DNA of 64,000 nucleotides from an uncultured Ignavibacteriota bacterium (GTDB lineage: Bacteria > Bacteroidota > Ignavibacteria > UBA10030 > UBA8401): contig CAJBTU010000072.1 in NCBI GenBank assembly GCA_903958625.1, positions 4,682-68,681 on the forward strand, written 5' to 3'. The position numbers and the translations under genes are program-made. Positions 60,198 through 64,000 of this stretch are shown here, piece after piece; positions within the stretch are counted from its first letter, which is position 1, and each line of letters opens with the position of its first letter. The notes beneath the pieces are model-generated. The model worked only from the letters and a program-made list of their open reading frames with translations, was not told the origin of the DNA and made no database searches.

Positions 60198-60580
60198 AGC
60201 GATTTCAGAATTTGTTGCTGTATGTCAAGCCACGCCGAATCCATGTCGCGCAGCGTCAGGCGCCTGATCGGTTTGTTTTTCTCCCCCTTAAACATCAGAA
60301 CGATCTTTGCGCCGATGTTTTTTTTTCGGGCGGCAGAAGAGATCTCTGCAAAGGTTCTTCGCGCCGATTCGCGCATCAGTCGTTTTATCCTGTTGCGGTC
60401 TGCGGCCAAAGGAACCCTTTTTTTGGGGACGGAAAATCCGATCGTTATCTTCCCGTCCTTCGCATCAGTCAAAAGAAATCCTGTCAGCAATGTTCCTTGG
60501 AACGAAACTCCGCCGGTGATGACATTGGTGAACGATTGGTATCCGCGAAGGATGATTGATTTGGGAAGTGTCTGTCGCAC
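60194..60580 (-). CDS. rnpA: RNase P protein component
   Basis: IGFSVPKK...[13 protein letters not shown] (RNR motif), located between rpmH and yidD. Confidence 0.92.
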   Translation of the reverse strand: MRQTLPKSIILRGYQSFTNVITGGVSFQGTLLTGFLLTDAKDGKITIGFSVPKKRVPLAADRNRIKRLMRESARRTFAEISSAARKKNIGAKIVLMFKGEKNKPIRRLTLRDMDSAWLDIQQQILKSL

Positions 60581-60639
60581 TCACACCGCCGCTTCCTGAT
60601 TTGAGAGAGGAGAGAAGCACAGACGCAAACAACGCCGCG

Positions 60640-60792
60640 TTATGAACGCGGTTCGTCGCTTACGGTCAATTTGTGTCGCCCTTTAGCGCGGCGGCTTGAT
60701 AAAACTTTGCGTCCGTTTTTTGTCGCCATGCGCTCGCGAAATCCGTGTGTGTTCCTGCGTTTGCGTTTGTGCGGTTGAAATGTTCGTTTCAT
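60640..60792 (-). CDS. rpmH: 50S ribosomal protein L34
   Basis: [39 protein letters not shown]. The true start is ATG 60792, after GGAGA. Confidence 0.97.
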   Translation of the reverse strand: MKRTFQPHKRKRRNTHGFRERMATKNGRKVLSSRRAKGRHKLTVSDEPRS

Positions 60793-60820
60793 TATTTCTC
60801 CAGGTGAATAAAATCTGTAC

Positions 60821-60849
60821 AATTTACGAAAACAACGAAGGACAAACAA
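60821..60849 (-). promoter_or_regulatory. Putative rpmH promoter
   Basis: TTGTTT-17 bp-TAAATT on the minus strand. Confidence 0.45.
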
Positions 60850-61036
60850 GATAAATTTATGCGCTACAACGATGTTTCTGTCTTTGTTCAAACAACGCAG
60901 AGCCCATTCTGTTTTTTCCTGAATATTTTCGATCTTTCTTTGGCTTGTTTCCGTATTTATTTATTTTTTCAAAATTTTTCTTGACTTCTCTCCAACAAAT
61001 GCAATATTATGTATAGAAAGATGGGGAGGGTTGCCG

Positions 61037-61280
61037 TGTGGAAAAAATGTGGATAACTTTGTGCGTGGAAGATGCCCCTGGAAGCGCTGGTAAGCAGCGG
61101 CAAAAGATGTTCACATCGGGTGTTGATAAGTTGGGTGTCCGCGTTGCCGCTCCTTTGTTTTTCAATGGCTTAGCGTGGCTGTTTTGATGTGTATAATTCT
61201 TGTTTTCCTGTAAGCTTCTTAAAATAGGTTTTTTCTGTTGTGCATAACATTGTGAATAAGCCAATGTTGGATGTTGATAA
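61037..61280. promoter_or_regulatory. DnaA-box cluster upstream of dnaA (oriC part 1 / dnaA autoregulation)
   Basis: TGTGNATAA matches at 61048, 61188, 61239 and 61251. One-mismatch boxes at 61037, 61121 and 61272. All have the same orientation. Confidence 0.85.
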
Positions 61281-61293
61281 CGTTTGAGGTTTT

Positions 61294-62748
61294 ATGATTT
61301 CTATTGTCACCCCTTCTAGTGTTCCTTCTTCAGTAAAGTCTGACCTGCAGCAGAAAGAAGATTTGCTTTTGTTGTGGAGCAATATTCTTTCGCATATACA
61401 GCCAGAGATAAACTCTCAAAGCTTTAAGACGTGGTTCGAACCTATTAAGCCGGTAAAGATCGAGAAGAACGAGGTTTCCGTGACTGTTCCCAGCCAGTTC
61501 TTTTATGAGTGGCTGGAAGAACATTATTATTCTTTAATCTCCGGTGCTTTACAAAAAGTTCTTGGTGCATCGGCAAGGCTTACCTATACCGTGGTTCCGT
61601 CGGATGAGCCTTCGCCCGCGTTGATGGTCTCGCCTAACGATGCTCCGCTAAAGATCGCCGACCCAATTCAAACAAAGATAGAGCAGACTCAATATACTCA
61701 GCCGCTACCGTATGAAAAGACTTTCTTAAACCGCCGCAATACTTTCAACAGCTTTATCAAGGGGGAAAGTAATCAGCTGGCGCGCGCAGCCGCGATGGCG
61801 GTTGCCAACAATCCCGGCGGAACGTCTTTTAATCCTCTGGTGCTTTATGGCGGAACCGGTCTTGGCAAAACACATTTGATGCAGGCCATAGGAAATTATG
61901 CGCTGGAAAACGGTAAGGCGAAGCGCGTGATGTATGTTTCAAGCGAAAAATTCACGAACGAGTTTATTGATGCTATTCGCAATGACGCAACAACCGATTT
62001 TTCCAATTTCTACCGGAACATGGATATTCTTATTGTTGACGACATCCAATTCTTCACCGGCAAAGAGAAGACGCAGGACAGTTTCTTTCATACGTTCAAT
62101 TCTCTGCATCAGCTTGGAAAGCAGATTATTTTATCGTCCGATCGTCCGCCGAAAGAATTGCAGGGGCTGGATGAACGGCTGATATCACGGTTCCAGTGGG
62201 GTTTAACGGCAGATATACAGCCGCCGGATCTTGAAACGCGATCGGCCATTTTGCGAAATAAGTGCGAGCGGGACGATGTTTTTATCCCGGAAGTCGTTTT
62301 AGATTTCATTGCCGCCAACGTAAAATCGAATGTGCGCGAACTGGAAGGGTGTTATACGAAACTGTTGTTCAACGCTTCTTTGCTTGGAAAAGATATCGAT
62401 ATAGAGATGGCTCGTGAAGTGCTAAGTTCGGTGGTGACAGAGGTTCGTTCACCGCTCACCGTAGAAGAAATCCAGCGGCTTGTTTCTGAATTTTTCGATA
62501 TTCCCAACGATCTTCTTCGGGCAAAAACTCGAAAACAGGAGATCGTTATCGCGCGGCAAGTGGCAATGTATCTTGCCAAAGAGTTGACAAACTGTTCCCT
62601 TAAAACGATCGGTTTGAATTTCGGCGGCAGGGATCATAGTACGGTGATCCATGCGTATCAAACTGTTGAAGAACAGATCAAGATCGACCCAAAATTCCGG
62701 GCCTCCCTCGATCAATTAAAAAAGAAGATTGATATTTACTCGCGATAG
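61294..62748 (+). CDS. dnaA: Chromosomal replication initiator
   Basis: Motifs FNPLVLYGGTGLGKTHL, VDDIQF, RLISRF, NVRELEG and GGRDHSTV. Confidence 0.98.
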   Translation: MISIVTPSSVPSSVKSDLQQKEDLLLLWSNILSHIQPEINSQSFKTWFEPIKPVKIEKNEVSVTVPSQFFYEWLEEHYYSLISGALQKVLGASARLTYTVVPSDEPSPALMVSPNDAPLKIADPIQTKIEQTQYTQPLPYEKTFLNRRNTFNSFIKGESNQLARAAAMAVANNPGGTSFNPLVLYGGTGLGKTHLMQAIGNYALENGKAKRVMYVSSEKFTNEFIDAIRNDATTDFSNFYRNMDILIVDDIQFFTGKEKTQDSFFHTFNSLHQLGKQIILSSDRPPKELQGLDERLISRFQWGLTADIQPPDLETRSAILRNKCERDDVFIPEVVLDFIAANVKSNVRELEGCYTKLLFNASLLGKDIDIEMAREVLSSVVTEVRSPLTVEEIQRLVSEFFDIPNDLLRAKTRKQEIVIARQVAMYLAKELTNCSLKTIGLNFGGRDHSTVIHAYQTVEEQIKIDPKFRASLDQLKKKIDIYSR

Positions 62749-62768
62749 TTTTTTTTTCTTGTTTATTT

Positions 62769-62806
62769 GAAAGGGATCGGCATTCGCTTGATCCCTTTCT
62801 TCTTTT
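62769..62806 (+). terminator. Terminator after dnaA
   Basis: GAAAGGGATC...GATCCCTTTC followed by TTCTTTT. Confidence 0.7.
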
Positions 62807-62812
62807 AAATAC

Positions 62813-63055
62813 TTGTCCACAATATGTTGTTGATGATTTGTGAAGTATTGTTAATCAGCTGTGGATAATTACGTGGTTCATATCATTGGTAATGTCCGTT
62901 GTGAATGAGTGTGGAAAAGTCGGTGCTCTATCAACAATCTATTGACACTGTTTTTTTCTTTTTTGCCAGCAAAGATCTTTCAAATGGCGGTTTATCAACA
63001 TATCCACCCTATTATTGTTATTATGATTTTAAAGGTATATATATGATTTAAATAC
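62813..63055. other. oriC: oriC part 2: DnaA boxes, DnaA-trios and AT-rich unwinding region
   Basis: Boxes at 62813, 62860 (perfect), 62900, 62910 and 62992. These are followed by ATATCCACC, CTA-TTA-TTG-TTA-TTA-TGA (63009-63026) and TTTTAAAGGTATATATATGATTTAAAT. Confidence 0.85.
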
Positions 63056-63099
63056 GCTCTAACTCACTGAAAGAATAAAGACTTACAGGTTTCCATCCT

Positions 63100-63128
63100 T
63101 TGGCATTCAGGCACATTTTTCGTATATT
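63100..63128 (+). promoter_or_regulatory. Putative dnaN promoter
   Basis: TTGGCA-17 bp-TATATT. Confidence 0.55.
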
Positions 63129-63178
63129 AGACCACTAAAATTCTTCATTTTAGATAAAAAAATTTAAGGAGATTGATA

Positions 63179-64000
63179 ATGAAATTTTCCGTTCGGAGCG
63201 CCGAGTTACAAAAAGCACTGGCAAAAACGGTCAGCGTCGTTCCCACCAGATCGACACTTCCTATTCTTGAAAATCTACATTTTGATATTCATTCCAACAC
63301 ACTAAAAATTACTGCAACCGATTTAGAGATATCTGTTTCTGTTTCTCTGGAGGTGCAGGGAAGCCAGAACGGAACAATTGCTATTCCTGCAAAAAGAATA
63401 TTTGATACCGTGCGGGCTTTATCGGATACGAATATTACATTCAATATTGATACAGAGTCAAATAAGATCAAAATGAAGACGGATAACGGCGAATATACTC
63501 TCACCGGAGAATCAAGCGAAGAGTTTCCGGCAATCCCGGAATTCAAAGGAGAAGCAGAGGTTTCGTTTGATGTTCAGGTCTTGCAGCGCCTAATAGGAAC
63601 AACAATGTTTGCCGTCAGCGCCGATGAATTGCGTCCGGCGATGATGGGCGTTCTATTTCAATTTTCAAAGAGCGAAGTAAGAGCCGTTGCGACCGACGGT
63701 CACCGTCTGGTCCGCGTAAACAATAAAAATCTTGGCAACACAAAATTAACAAAGGATATAATAATTCCATCGAAAGCACTGGGACAACTGGATAAAGTTG
63801 CCACCGGAACGGAAACAAAAGTATCGATCAGCGCAACGCATGTTATGTTTAAATTCGACGGAACGTCACTGATATCCCGGTTGATCGAAGAAAAATATCC
63901 GAACTACGAAACAGTTATACCGCTTGATAACGAACGGACCCTTATTGTCAGCAAGAACGAAATGCTTCAGTCGGTCCGCCGTGTTTCGCTGTATTCCAAC
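63179..64000 (+). CDS. dnaN: DNA polymerase III beta clamp, 3'-truncated by the window edge (absent from the ORF track)
   Basis: Manual translation MKFSVRSAELQKALAKTVSVVPTRSTLPILENL...ATDLE...ATDGHRL...SRLIEEKYPNYE, after an AAGGAG RBS. Confidence 0.97.
   Translation, partial: MKFSVRSAELQKALAKTVSVVPTRSTLPILENLHFDIHSNTLKITATDLEISVSVSLEVQGSQNGTIAIPAKRIFDTVRALSDTNITFNIDTESNKIKMKTDNGEYTLTGESSEEFPAIPEFKGEAEVSFDVQVLQRLIGTTMFAVSADELRPAMMGVLFQFSKSEVRAVATDGHRLVRVNNKNLGNTKLTKDIIIPSKALGQLDKVATGTETKVSISATHVMFKFDGTSLISRLIEEKYPNYETVIPLDNERTLIVSKNEMLQSVRRVSLYSN

Noticed and set aside
61007..61382. Two short minus-strand ORFs upstream of or overlapping dnaA
   Set aside because: They run across the DnaA-box cluster and show no protein features.
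1..64000. CRISPR arrays, tRNA/rRNA genes, transposases, integrases, prophage or defence genes
   Set aside because: I saw no regularly spaced repeats or RNA-gene signatures. Nearly all long ORFs match housekeeping or envelope families, and spacers are short. A covariance-model scan would be needed to exclude small ncRNAs.

Overview
This is the chromosomal origin region of an FCB-group bacterium, probably Ignavibacteria-like. That placement is inferred from the 'NYPNPFNP' secretion-sorting tail, the TPR-DUF4292-EnvC cluster, and the LeuCD and IlvC types. The right end carries yidC-yidD-rnpA-rpmH / dnaA-dnaN with DnaA-box clusters on both sides of dnaA and a DnaA-trio unwinding element. Three parS palindromes lie in and around mnmE-mnmG-rsmG, and parAB is not in the window. 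The centre is a 22.6-kb, 17-gene minus-strand amino-acid supercluster: ilvB-ilvN-gltB-gltD-ilvC-cimA-aroF-leuA-leuC-leuD-proC-leuB-AKR-aspartokinase-rof-thrC-thrB. The main find sits at its 5' end: a 49-codon Ile/Leu/Val/Thr-rich leader ORF missing from the ORF track, with mutually exclusive 1:2, 2:3 and 3:4 helices. The 3:4 helix buries the ilvB ribosome-binding site instead of forming a clean intrinsic terminator. Near the 3' end the cluster encodes a Rof-like (Rho inhibitor) protein. Together these suggest a ribosome-mediated, possibly Rho-coupled attenuation circuit; this is inference. The left part holds ordinary envelope, secreted and housekeeping genes. I saw no rRNA, tRNA, CRISPR array or transposase.
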